A stretch of 64,000 nucleotides of DNA from a virus (lineage: Duplodnaviria > Caudoviricetes): the IMG/VR virus record IMGVR_UViG_3300043468_001158, one strand, 5' to 3'. Positions 1 through 10,300 of the stretch are shown here, in pieces (positions within the stretch are counted from its first letter, which is position 1; each line of letters starts with the position of its first letter). A model generated the notes under the pieces. That model had not been told where the DNA came from and searched no databases. It saw only the letters and a program-made list of their open reading frames with translations. Made by a program: the position numbers and the translations under genes.

Positions 1-2514
1 TTCAGGTGGAGCACTTTTGCCGATTGCAGTAATAGTTGGAGTTGTTGTGATGAAAGTAGTATCATTGATATTATGAGTAATGATTTCACCAGTCTGGTCA
101 ACTAAAATGCGGCTTGTCAAATTATTGTATTGACTAACTATTCTGTCTAATGGTTGATTGACCCATTCAGTTCCATTCCAAAGTAAAGATTGATTTGCAG
201 TTGGAGTAGTGATAGTTACATCAAGTAAATCATCTAAGTACTGAATACTAGAAGGAATTGACAGAGTAGCATTAACCCATTGACTTCCGTTATACTGAAG
301 TACTTGAGTATTTGATGGAGATGTTAAAGTAACATCAGATAGTTCATTAAGATTAGTAGCTCCAACATTATCAACAATGTTTGACGCAGATGTCACACGA
401 CCTTTAGCATCAACGGTAACGGAGTTATAAGTACCTGGTGTCACACCAGAATTTGCAAGAGTGGTCGTAATAGTTCCTGTTCCTGTTCCAGTAACATCAC
501 CTGTCAATGTAGTTGCTGTTGAAGTAGGCACATTAGTTGCAGCTGTCACACGACCTTTAGCATCAACAGTCACTGAGTTATAAGTACCAGCTACAACACC
601 AGTATGACTTAGCGCGGTTGAAATGATACCACGACCACTTGCAAGAACATCACCAGTTAATGTAGTGTCGTTATCGTAATCAACATTAGATGCACCAACT
701 ATTCGACCTTCTGCATTGACAGTAAAGTTATTCCATGTTCCAGGTGTTACACCTGTTGGAGTAAGTGAAGTATTGATGAGATTTGAACCACTTCCAGTAA
801 TTACTCCGGTCAAGGTAACAGTTGTCAAGTAAGGCTCATTTGTTCCGTTTGTCACACGACCTTTAGCATCTACGGTTACGTTGTTATAAGTACCTTGAGT
901 AACTCCAGTGTTACTTAGCGTTGTTGCAATAGTTGCACTACCACTTCCAGTAACATCGCCTGTCAGTGTTGAAGAGAGGTCAATCACATCAAAAGTTGCA
1001 GCTGTCACACGACCTTTAGCATCTACAGTCACTCGGTTATAGTTACCTGGTGCTACTCCAGTGTTACTTAGTTGAAAAACGACATCACCTGGATTGGTAA
1101 TAGTTCCTAATCCATAATTAGTTCCTAAGAAGTCGGAACCGAAGTTCAATAACTTTGTATTCCATGCAGTAACGTCAAGAGACGCGCCATTGACAAAATC
1201 TACAAGAAGAGGTGCAACATTTTGGTCTGGGACGAATGAACCACTAATGACACGACCTTTAGCATCAACAGTCACTGAGTTATAAGTACCCGGTGTTGTA
1301 ACATTAGTAAGAGTAACAGGTATTGAAGTTGAACCACTTCCGGTTGCATCACCGCTAAGAGTAATCACTTCATTATGAAGCAAGTAAGGCTCAACTGTGC
1401 CTGAAGTAGTTCTACCTTTAGCATCTACAGTAACATTGTTATAAGTACCTGGGGTAACACCGGAATTTGCAAGAGTGGTGTTGATTGCAGATGAAGATAA
1501 TCCAGCACCTGATACATCACCCGCTAAAGTAATACCGACAACTGCTTGTATCTGTCCAATACCACCTCTCCATTGAATATCAACAAAGATTGAAGTTTTG
1601 TCATAGACATAACCAACAACATACTTATCTTGTAATGAAGGTTCTACTAATGAAAGTTCCCCATTTACGCCAATGTAAAGAGGATGATTGACTTGAGATG
1701 GAGCAAAGTTCCACTGTTCATTTCGAACAAGACCGTTAGCAACAACATTACCGATTTGACCAGGGAAGTATTCATTGGTCATAATACCGTTAATGATTTC
1801 TTCCGGTCTATTGCTTGATGCAAGTTTGACTTTGCCAGGAATTTCATATGTTACGAAAGAAAATGCAGGGATGAACTCGACAGCTTCGCCAAATAGTTGC
1901 ATTGCTTCAATCTTAAGATTTTCACCTGAAGTATGAGAAGCGATTAAGTTGCTTTCAGATGTAATGAATGTGCCATCGCTATCACGCACAGGTTGGGCTG
2001 AAGACCCTAAAATGATGCTACCTGCTTTACATGCAACATTCAATCCTGCTTGAGAACCACGAGGTGACGGGATGACTATTGCGTTATTTGAGTATGTTCC
2101 CGCAAAAAGACGAAGCTTTGGTATCCACTTAGCCCCACTCCAAACTTTCATTTGGTTGATGTTAGTATCATACCAGTGTTGGTCGTTTTGCGGAGATGCT
2201 GGTTCATTAGGACCAGCATATGGAGAAACTGAAGTAAAGCCACGAGATAAGGTTGCATTGAGAAGTGAAATGTCCCAGTAAAGATACTGGGTTTCACCAT
2301 GAGCCGCCATAGGGCCCCAAGCATGAGTGACAGTTCTTGGTTCAGTTACAAGATAGTCAGCATTGACACCATGAGCAATAGCAAAGATAAGAGTATCTTC
2401 ATCACATACTAAGTCAATGAATTCGTCATTAGAACCAGACTTACGTAAGAAAGTTGCAGTACCAGATGTATCGATTTGATGACGTATGATGCCATGTCTA
2501 AAAGTTAGTTCCAT
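1..2514 (-). CDS. Tail fibre protein, partial (runs off the left edge; absent from the ORF track)
   Basis: ATG at 2514 (MELTFRHGIIRHQIDTSG...). The parts I translated are open, including the N-terminus and about 7 copies of a repeat like LTGDVTGSG-x-IxTTLxNSGVTPGTYNxVTVDAKGRVT between ~390 and ~1530, typical of phage fibre shafts. TAAATA late promoter at 2560-2565. Confidence 0.8.
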   Translation of the reverse strand, partial: MELTFRHGIIRHQIDTSGTATFLRKSGSNDEFIDLVCDEDTLIFAIAHGVNADYLVTEPRTVTHAWGPMAAHGETQYLYWDISLLNATLSRGFTSVSPYAGPNEPASPQNDQHWYDTNINQMKVWSGAKWIPKLRLFAGTYSNNAIVIPSPRGSQAGLNVACKAGSIILGSSAQPVRDSDGTFITSESNLIASHTSGENLKIEAMQLFGEAVEFIPAFSFVTYEIPGKVKLASSNRPEEIINGIMTNEYFPGQIGNVVANGLVRNEQWNFAPSQVNHPLYIGVNGELSLVEPSLQDKYVVGYVYDKTSIFVDIQWRGGIGQIQAVVGITLAGDVSGAGLSSSAINTTLANSGVTPGTYNNVTVDAKGRTTSGTVEPYLLHNEVITLSGDATGSGSTSIPVTLTNVTTPGTYNSVTVDAKGRVISGSFVPDQNVAPLLVDFVNGASLDVTAWNTKLLNFGSDFLGTNYGLGTITNPGDVVFQLSNTGVAPGNYNRVTVDAKGRVTAATFDVIDLSSTLTGDVTGSGSATIATTLSNTGVTQGTYNNVTVDAKGRVTNGTNEPYLTTVTLTGVITGSGSNLINTSLTPTGVTPGTWNNFTVNAEGRIVGASNVDYDNDTTLTGDVLASGRGIISTALSHTGVVAGTYNSVTVDAKGRVTAATNVPTSTATTLTGDVTGTGTGTITTTLANSGVTPGTYNSVTVDAKGRVTSASNIVDNVGATNLNELSDVTLTSPSNTQVLQYNGSQWVNATLSIPSSIQYLDDLLDVTITTPTANQSLLWNGTEWVNQPLDRIVSQYNNLTSRILVDQTGEIITHNINDTTFITTTPTITAIGKSAPPE

Positions 2515-2579
2515 AATGATGAATACCTGTATCGTAATGTATGTAAAGAGTGATACAGGTATTTATCTAAACTAGGCTT

Positions 2580-3170
2580 CTATGAAACACTAATCGTTAA
2601 AGTATAACGAAGTCTTAAGTTACGATTTTGAGTTTTTGCAATTGGATGAAAGACAATGTGTGTTAGTAAGTACGGATGATTGACATCATCACTTTCTGCG
2701 AATAAGCCAAGTTCATCAAATTCGAACGCATATCCACCAGGTTCGTTGATATTACCAGCACCATCCGCATCAGTAAGCCATTGGCCACTACCCGGTTCAT
2801 CGGGTGCAATCGTAAAGATGACTTCAACTAATGAAGTTACATCAGTCGTAGAAGCCATAGCAGTTACTGAATTACCGGCTGCATCAGCAAATTCTGAATA
2901 GGTTTCATTGTATAGTTTTGCAGTAGTGCCAATAGTATTCGGAATGTTGAAGTGTAATGCTCCAGTGCTATCAACATAGCTTCCACCATTACCAACTGCT
3001 ACTTTCCAAATGTGACTTTTGTTCTGGTTAGCAAGTCCTCTTGCAATGATATAGGCCATGTTCTCTGGATGAACTGCATTACAATCATCTAAGAAGATTT
3101 CACCAGTATTGGTATCTTCGATAATAACTCGTGAAGCAAACTTAACAGCTGCTTTATCTTGTGTTTGCAT
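2580..3170 (-). CDS. Virion structural protein (baseplate/tail-associated)
   Basis: 196-aa ORF in the tail operon with its own TAAATA (3204-3209). C-terminus FDELGLF...LLTHIVFHPIAKTQNRNLRLRYTLTI resembles baseplate/fibre-attachment proteins. Confidence 0.6.
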   Translation of the reverse strand: MQTQDKAAVKFASRVIIEDTNTGEIFLDDCNAVHPENMAYIIARGLANQNKSHIWKVAVGNGGSYVDSTGALHFNIPNTIGTTAKLYNETYSEFADAAGNSVTAMASTTDVTSLVEVIFTIAPDEPGSGQWLTDADGAGNINEPGGYAFEFDELGLFAESDDVNHPYLLTHIVFHPIAKTQNRNLRLRYTLTISVS

Positions 3171-3206
3171 AGTATGTATAACTCCGTGTGTAAATGTTTG
3201 TTGTAT

Positions 3207-6200
3207 TTAGTAAGATACTAATTGCAAGGGTTGAGGTCTATGAATGGTAATTGCTTTATACGATGGCTGTCCAGGAATACTACTTGTAGTATAATCCAGA
3301 CCTTCTTGTAATAAGTATCCTCTAACTCCAATTCCAGGAACTGACGGCGCATTAGTATAAAGTTCAATAACATTAGTCGCATCTTCTAACTGAAGTAACA
3401 ATTCTGCAACAGGATGTTCTATTCTAGTGTCAGTGTAAGTATCATGTAATTGTAATAAGATGTCTAATACTCTAATATTAGATGGGTCTGGTAAATCTTC
3501 ATCATATCCACCAAGTAAGTATGGAAGACCAGTTTCTAAATTGATTGCAAAATCAACCATATCATATCCATACATATCATATCCATGATAAGCAAGTATT
3601 TCATAATCAGACCTTGCATCTAACGAGAAGTCATCAAATTTTGTATCTGCCCAGTTATCACCATCATCAGTTCCGGGAACTCCGGTATCCGGTAAATTGA
3701 CGTTGATTGACTCTACCTCAATGTTAAGCATTTCAAGTTGCTCATACATCTTCACACGTACTAAGTCATTGTATTCATCAGCTTGTTCTACACGAATAGT
3801 TAGTTCAGTGTTTAGCTTCAAGTAATTAGAAGCAAAATGTGGAGTAACATCAAGCACTTGTCTAAAGACGTTATCAACTGGGTCAGCCATCCAAGTAATC
3901 GTTCCAACTTTGTTATGCTTTGCTTCTGATTGATAAGCAACATTACTTAAGAAGACATCATAGATGTAAGCTCGGTCCGGAATGTTTGGCGACTGCTTAT
4001 GTGGCTTATTAGGAAACGCACCGTCATTTGCTGTTCCGTAACCTGTAGTGTCATAAGGTTCAAACTCAAAGATAGCATCATATGGTCCGTTACCTTGAGG
4101 GTCAACATTGATTTCGTTGAAGCTATTGAAGATAACTTGACCATTTTGAATAAGTGTTGTTGCAGGACTTGTATAGTTCAGTGGAGTAAGTGTATGTCCA
4201 AAGACGTCATACCCAAGTCTAAGGATATGTCCATCATATCCTTTGCCAACATTATAGTCATCCGATGCGACAAGATATGTTGGGATAAGTTCTGAATAGC
4301 TTCCAAGTTCAGGATGATTAGTTCTAAGTTCTAATGTCAAGTTATCTTCACGATAAGTATTGACACGTAATGTATTGATTGGACCTACTTGATGTGGAAG
4401 AAGTAAGACATCTTGCGAATGACACATTTTGAACTTATTAGCAATAATGCTAATAGAGAACTCAAAGTCACTTGCATATGATCCAGGTTCAATTGTAAAG
4501 TTGAACATATTACTTCTTTCGGCGCCACGTTCAGCACATTCGGCAAATACTACTTCATACGGGTCACTACCTCCTACAATGGCTGATTGAAGTTGTCCTC
4601 TTGAACTTGAATAGACTAAGAACTGGTCGTACTCATCTATAAGAGGGCATTGGTCAATTTCTGGATGAAACTTCAAGTCTAATCGTTCATCATCTGCATC
4701 AAGTCGTGGAGGTTCATTGAAAGTAATGACATTACCATTTGAAAGAGTTATAGCTCCAGCACCTGTAAGAGCAACTCCTTGTAAAGTATTCCCTTCATGA
4801 ACTTGATACTTCGGTAAGTCAAGTTGAAAACCTATCTTCCCATTCCAGTAATATTGTCCAACCACTGCAGGTTTAGTATAACCTGTGACTGAACCATGTA
4901 CTAAGTAGTTAGGTCTTTCAGCAAGTATCTCAAAGTGAAAAGTATCTCCGTCAAGTAAGTCTAATGCTGCTATACTTCTTTCAGTATAACCTAGCATATA
5001 GTTACGAGGATCTTCAAGCATCTTGGATATATCAAAGACTTCTGATGAACTGACAAGTCTGAACCTTACCAAACCATTATCATACTCATGTCCAAGGAAT
5101 GCATTAGGATGCTCACCTGTTACTGAACCATCTACATAGAAGCACTTTTCGGATGCACTGAACGTAAGCTGAATAACTTCTGTCACTGCATTTGAGTATG
5201 CTTGTCCAAGAGGCAATAACTTGAGTGTTTCGCGACCTGGGTGGAATTCAGTGATGGTTCCAAAGTATGGAACATTAGTTAGACCATTATCATATGGGTT
5301 ATAGATTGGTGAGCTATAGTCATCAGTATCATATCCAAAGGCAAAGTATGCATAATCTCCTACATGCAATTGTCTTATAGAAGAAGTAATCGTAAACTCA
5401 AATAAGTCATCAGTTCCATTATTGATAGTGAAAGATGAACCTGTTCCACTAAAAGGTGGTTGATTGGTTGCTAAGTCGGTAATCAAATAAGTATCAGGTA
5501 ATGATACAAGCTCTATCTTATAACGATGACGTAAGTAGTCAAATTCAGGTAAAGTAATGTCAAACCCGTTCGGGTCAAGGGGATTAGGGATATCTTTTAG
5601 TGCTCGTATTTGAACAAGTGGTAATCCAACATATTCATGAACTAATTGACGGTAAGAAATCGGATTGACTTTGATAAGTGTCCAGATTTCTTCCGGTGCA
5701 TTAGGATGAATAGTAAAGCCTTCTTCTCGAAGTTCAATGTATGCTTCTAATCCACTTCCACCAGTAATATCGAATGAGATATGTTCATTCTCAAACCTAT
5801 CAATCACATGACTAAACACGATTGGGGTCAAGTCATCATGAACGGGTTCATTAAGTCGAATATGACCCGGTGTGATTGATGTAAAGCCGGTGTTTAGACC
5901 ATCGACTAATACTGATGACGGGTCATGAGCAATATAGAAGTCTTGTTGTTCAATAGTAGGAGTAACAACAATTGAGCCAGTCGTTACAAGTTTTGCATAT
6001 CCTAATAGTCCTTCATTTCTGCTAGTTACTTTATATGAATTGTTATATCCGTAAGATACATAGCCTTTATAAGCTGACGGGAAAGTCAACGTCATTGCAA
6101 CTGGAGATACAACAAAGTCAGGAGAATAGTCTTGAACATAAGAACCTATACCGTCATCGACATATATTGCAAAGAATGACAAGTCCGTTCCACTAAAGTT

Positions 6201-7319
6201 TCCAGGAATAGTCCAAGTAGTTGCAAGAGTTGATTGAGTAAATCCAAATGGCAAATTAGGTAAAAAGACTTTACCAACTTGTGGCATGCTAAACTGAAGT
6301 TCTACAGTATCTGCATCAAGAACTTTAGTTTCAACTGGAATAAGATACTCATAAGTAGATGGAGCAACTTCAATTAGTGGTTGAGCAAATACATTTAGAC
6401 TATTATGGTTATGAGTAATAGTCCAGGTTGTTGATGGTACTGATTGAACAAATACTTGGTCAGGAATAGTTTCATATACCACTACTTTACCAGTATGTGG
6501 CACCCCTAAAGTAATTTCAATAGTATTGTTATCAATAACAACAACTTGCATTGCAAGAATAGCTTCATATACTCCAGGAATATTCGATTCAATGTATGCT
6601 TGCCACATAATATTAGTTGAATCAAAGTTGTGATGAACCGTCCAAACATTCGATGCAATTGGAAAATCAAATTGAACAATAGGATTTCGTTCAATAGTCC
6701 ATTTATCAAATGATAATGAAGTATCTTTGAAGAAGATATTCGAAACATTGATTGGATTGAGCGGGTCTTTTTGAACGAGTAACAAACCTTCCCAAGTCTG
6801 AATTGGGGATTGAAAATCGCGATGAGGTTCTTGCCATTTACGAACAGCAGAACTAGGTTCATTCAGCTTGACAGACAACATACCCTTACTTACATAGTAG
6901 TCAAGTCCTTCAGCTAAACTTTCAGTTCCATTGACTATAACTGACTCGATACCTCTAGATGCTCGTAATTGATATGCGTTATCAATCCCGTAACTTGTTA
7001 GAAGATAGTTCGCTTTGCCAAAGTTTGAAGCTGTACTAAGAGTACTATCATAGTAATGTTGGTTAGACTCTAATGAATAACGCGGAAGATTGTAAGAAGG
7101 TGTCAAGAACCTACTACGTTGTCCATCATTGAAATACGACTTCTCCCATACTGAACTAAGTTCAATGTCAATGAATATGTTATCTTTGATATTGACATTG
7201 AACGAGTCATAGAAGTCATACTGCTCTATGATTTCACTGATTTTGCAATGATAAGGTTTAGTATCAAGAACGTAATCAACTAAACCCTGAACATATTGTG
7301 ATTTATTAGAAATAGACAT
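3207..7319 (-). CDS. Large virion structural protein (baseplate periphery, 1370 aa)
   Basis: Begins with a KPYHCKISEI motif; three WTxxHN-type beta repeats; acidic C-terminal (G/P)YD motifs; overlaps the 3059-aa gene by 14 nt. Confidence 0.6.
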   Translation of the reverse strand: MSISNKSQYVQGLVDYVLDTKPYHCKISEIIEQYDFYDSFNVNIKDNIFIDIELSSVWEKSYFNDGQRSRFLTPSYNLPRYSLESNQHYYDSTLSTASNFGKANYLLTSYGIDNAYQLRASRGIESVIVNGTESLAEGLDYYVSKGMLSVKLNEPSSAVRKWQEPHRDFQSPIQTWEGLLLVQKDPLNPINVSNIFFKDTSLSFDKWTIERNPIVQFDFPIASNVWTVHHNFDSTNIMWQAYIESNIPGVYEAILAMQVVVIDNNTIEITLGVPHTGKVVVYETIPDQVFVQSVPSTTWTITHNHNSLNVFAQPLIEVAPSTYEYLIPVETKVLDADTVELQFSMPQVGKVFLPNLPFGFTQSTLATTWTIPGNFSGTDLSFFAIYVDDGIGSYVQDYSPDFVVSPVAMTLTFPSAYKGYVSYGYNNSYKVTSRNEGLLGYAKLVTTGSIVVTPTIEQQDFYIAHDPSSVLVDGLNTGFTSITPGHIRLNEPVHDDLTPIVFSHVIDRFENEHISFDITGGSGLEAYIELREEGFTIHPNAPEEIWTLIKVNPISYRQLVHEYVGLPLVQIRALKDIPNPLDPNGFDITLPEFDYLRHRYKIELVSLPDTYLITDLATNQPPFSGTGSSFTINNGTDDLFEFTITSSIRQLHVGDYAYFAFGYDTDDYSSPIYNPYDNGLTNVPYFGTITEFHPGRETLKLLPLGQAYSNAVTEVIQLTFSASEKCFYVDGSVTGEHPNAFLGHEYDNGLVRFRLVSSSEVFDISKMLEDPRNYMLGYTERSIAALDLLDGDTFHFEILAERPNYLVHGSVTGYTKPAVVGQYYWNGKIGFQLDLPKYQVHEGNTLQGVALTGAGAITLSNGNVITFNEPPRLDADDERLDLKFHPEIDQCPLIDEYDQFLVYSSSRGQLQSAIVGGSDPYEVVFAECAERGAERSNMFNFTIEPGSYASDFEFSISIIANKFKMCHSQDVLLLPHQVGPINTLRVNTYREDNLTLELRTNHPELGSYSELIPTYLVASDDYNVGKGYDGHILRLGYDVFGHTLTPLNYTSPATTLIQNGQVIFNSFNEINVDPQGNGPYDAIFEFEPYDTTGYGTANDGAFPNKPHKQSPNIPDRAYIYDVFLSNVAYQSEAKHNKVGTITWMADPVDNVFRQVLDVTPHFASNYLKLNTELTIRVEQADEYNDLVRVKMYEQLEMLNIEVESINVNLPDTGVPGTDDGDNWADTKFDDFSLDARSDYEILAYHGYDMYGYDMVDFAINLETGLPYLLGGYDEDLPDPSNIRVLDILLQLHDTYTDTRIEHPVAELLLQLEDATNVIELYTNAPSVPGIGVRGYLLQEGLDYTTSSIPGQPSYKAITIHRPQPLQLVSY

Positions 7320-10300
7320 CTGCGTTGTTTACAATAGTTTCTGGAGTAACGGTGATGATGCTATGAACTGAAAGTCTTGAAGTTTTGAAGATGTCAGTGA
7401 ACTCATAGTTATTGGCAAGTGCATCATTTAGCACCTCAAAGAATAGTTCGTTGATATGTTGTGGCAAAGCATGTCTCCAGATATAGTCTAAAACTTGACG
7501 AGTAGAAGCCGGTGTCACGAACCAAGTTGATGATTGTGATAGGTCTAACCCGTTGATAGTTGCTGTAGTATTTATCCCGTTTAGATAAACTGAAGTTTTA
7601 GGATTTAGAATGCTATTAGTTAGTGAAGCAATAATCAATGAACGGTCAGCTAATACTTGGTCATCTCTAAAACCATAACGAGTTCTTGTACCATGTCTTT
7701 CATCATATAAGACTTTGTTCAATGCAGGTATTGCTTGACCTGCCAGGTTAGTACCGGCAGCAGAGTCAACAAGTTTGTTCCAAAGTGTAAGAGGTATCTT
7801 CATATCTTGTTGAGGTCTAATCAATGTCCATTCAGTATGAGAGTTCTTCAAATCAAGGTCTTGTGGGTTATCACGTAAGCTAAAGTCACGCGTAAAGCGA
7901 AGCTTATACGTATTATCCTTATTAACCATCATGTTCAATCCAGCAATCGTAATACCATGATAAGCGCCATCAAACAACTCTTGGAAAGTTAAGTAAGTAG
8001 AAGGTCCTTCACGAAGTAATTGAGCAGATTGCTGACAAGTCAATTGCTTATTACCTACAGGCACTGTCTTATCTTTTACCCAAAAGTAATAAGTATCGCC
8101 AGTGATATTACCAGAACTATCACGTGAAGGACGTATAACATATTGATAGTCTGACTTATATTGAGTTTGGATACTTGGGTCATCAGATACATCAGGGTCA
8201 AAAGCAAGTTCATCAGAAGTTGGTTCATAAGCAGACATAATAGCAACTACTTCATGTCCATGTGGAATAGCTTGAGTAGTTGAAATCAAAGTCCCGTTAG
8301 TTGAATAGAATGTACGAGGTTGGCTAATGCCATTCAAGTATAGACGTAATGTATTGTCCGCTATTCGGTTAGAAGAAGTAACTTGCAAGTCTAATGTATT
8401 ACCACTTCCAAACTTACGAATGACTTCTTGTTGCAATAATATCCAATCACCCCAAACAGGATTGAACTTTTCAACTGTGGTCCCGTCATTCAATACGAGT
8501 GGCTCTTTTTCATATGCAACAATTTCGTCAATCACTTGTCTTACCGAAGGCACTTCAACATAATCGCCATACACTGGAGTCCAACTATTATGTGGGTATT
8601 TGAGGTCGTTATCAAGTATCTCTTGGGTTGGAACATTGTAACCAATCCAACCGTATTCGTCAAGTACAGTAGAAGTGCTATTCTCGATGCCAATAGAACC
8701 AGTAGATGCATCATACCCAATGACAACCATAGCACCAATAGTGCCAAGTTCATCTATGACTTGTTGAGCATCTACTCCACTAGCAAAGTAATCAGGATGT
8801 ACATTCACATTGATAGTAATATGTCCAAGATTGAAGCTAAAAGTTTCTACAAGAGGTTGAATTGCTAAAGCAACCGAAGTCAAGGTATCAATAGCAAGTG
8901 ATGATACGACTAATGATGAACCCGACGGTGTCGCTTGTATTAGTTTCAAGTAATAGGTATCATTAGTTGTATTAAGTTCTCCAGTTACTGAATATGTGCC
9001 AACTGAAGCAGTTGGGTTTTTCACAAAAGTGACTTCACTAAATGCATTGATGCCGGTCACTGTCAATTTGTTATCATATGACACTGGCAAATTGATAGGT
9101 AACACATTGTCCAAAATCGAATGAGGGAACTGAATAAGTACTGTCACTGGAGCAACTTCTTTGATTTCCAAGTTGAACAGTCCAACATCAGGAGATAAGA
9201 CTTGTTGAAGGGCAACACTTATCTCAGCACCTGTCATAGTAGCGACAGCAGTTGTTGCTATCATCTTGATACCTAATTGAACGAAGTCAATTTCATAAGA
9301 CCCGCCAACTTGACCACTATAGTCGTATAGTGGTTGGGTAACAGATAGAGACCCACCTGATGCTTGTTCAATAGCACGAATGTAATAAGTTGAACCAACT
9401 TGACTCCATTCAAATTCAATATGACCAATTGCTGCACCTTTGTAGTTCTTGTTATCAGACCAAACAAACTGAATAACATCGAAGTAATTCCCGTCACCAG
9501 CACTTACGTGCATATCACCAGAATGATAACCATCACTTAATGTAAACGCGATTGGTCCGTTAAGTATTGCTTCACCATAAGGTTTGCCACCTAAGAACCC
9601 GCTAAAATGCATACCTGGCACTAACCCGTATTGTGCAAAGCGACCTTTCTCTAACGAGACAAACGTTTCGCCAACACCTGGGCTATTCAATGTCAAACGA
9701 GTTGTTCCTGCTTTGAACAATTGAACATCTTGTGCTTCAGGTGGAGTTGGAACATATGACCATGCAATAGGTCTTGCTTCCCAAGTTCTTGTTCTTTTGT
9801 ATGATTGCTTACGAGCAGCTTTACCAGTTTTCTTATCTTCAAGTGCAACGTCTGCTGACAATTGGTCGATTGCAGAACGAGCATCATATTCACTTGGAGC
9901 TATTGAAGACTTAACCCATTCGTAGACATTGATTGACGAGTATTCAGCCATGCTACCCCAACGGCCAAGTCTTTCTTCAAAAGTTGGAAAGATTTGCTTG
10001 TCATGGTAAGGCACATATTCAAGTAGTGTTTTGTCCCACCAAGTTCTTCCTACCTCTCTGTCACCCCATGATTTTTGAGGGTCAAAGTTAGGGTTCTTAA
10101 CAGTCAAAGTTGAATAGTTGTAGAATGCAGGGTCTTTTTCCGATACAACATTGATGACTTCCATTGCAATAGCAGTATGATTATCAAATGCTGGATGCCA
10201 AGTAGTAATGTCTTCAATCAAAGCTCTATCAACATAGTCAAACAGTTTGATTGGTGAGAACTTTGGTTTAGCTGGAACTTGAAGTTCAAACTCATAAGTT

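Noticed and set aside
1-1530. Tail-fibre repeats as a diversity-generating retroelement target
   Set aside because: No reverse transcriptase or adenine-specific TR/VR pair was seen in the window.
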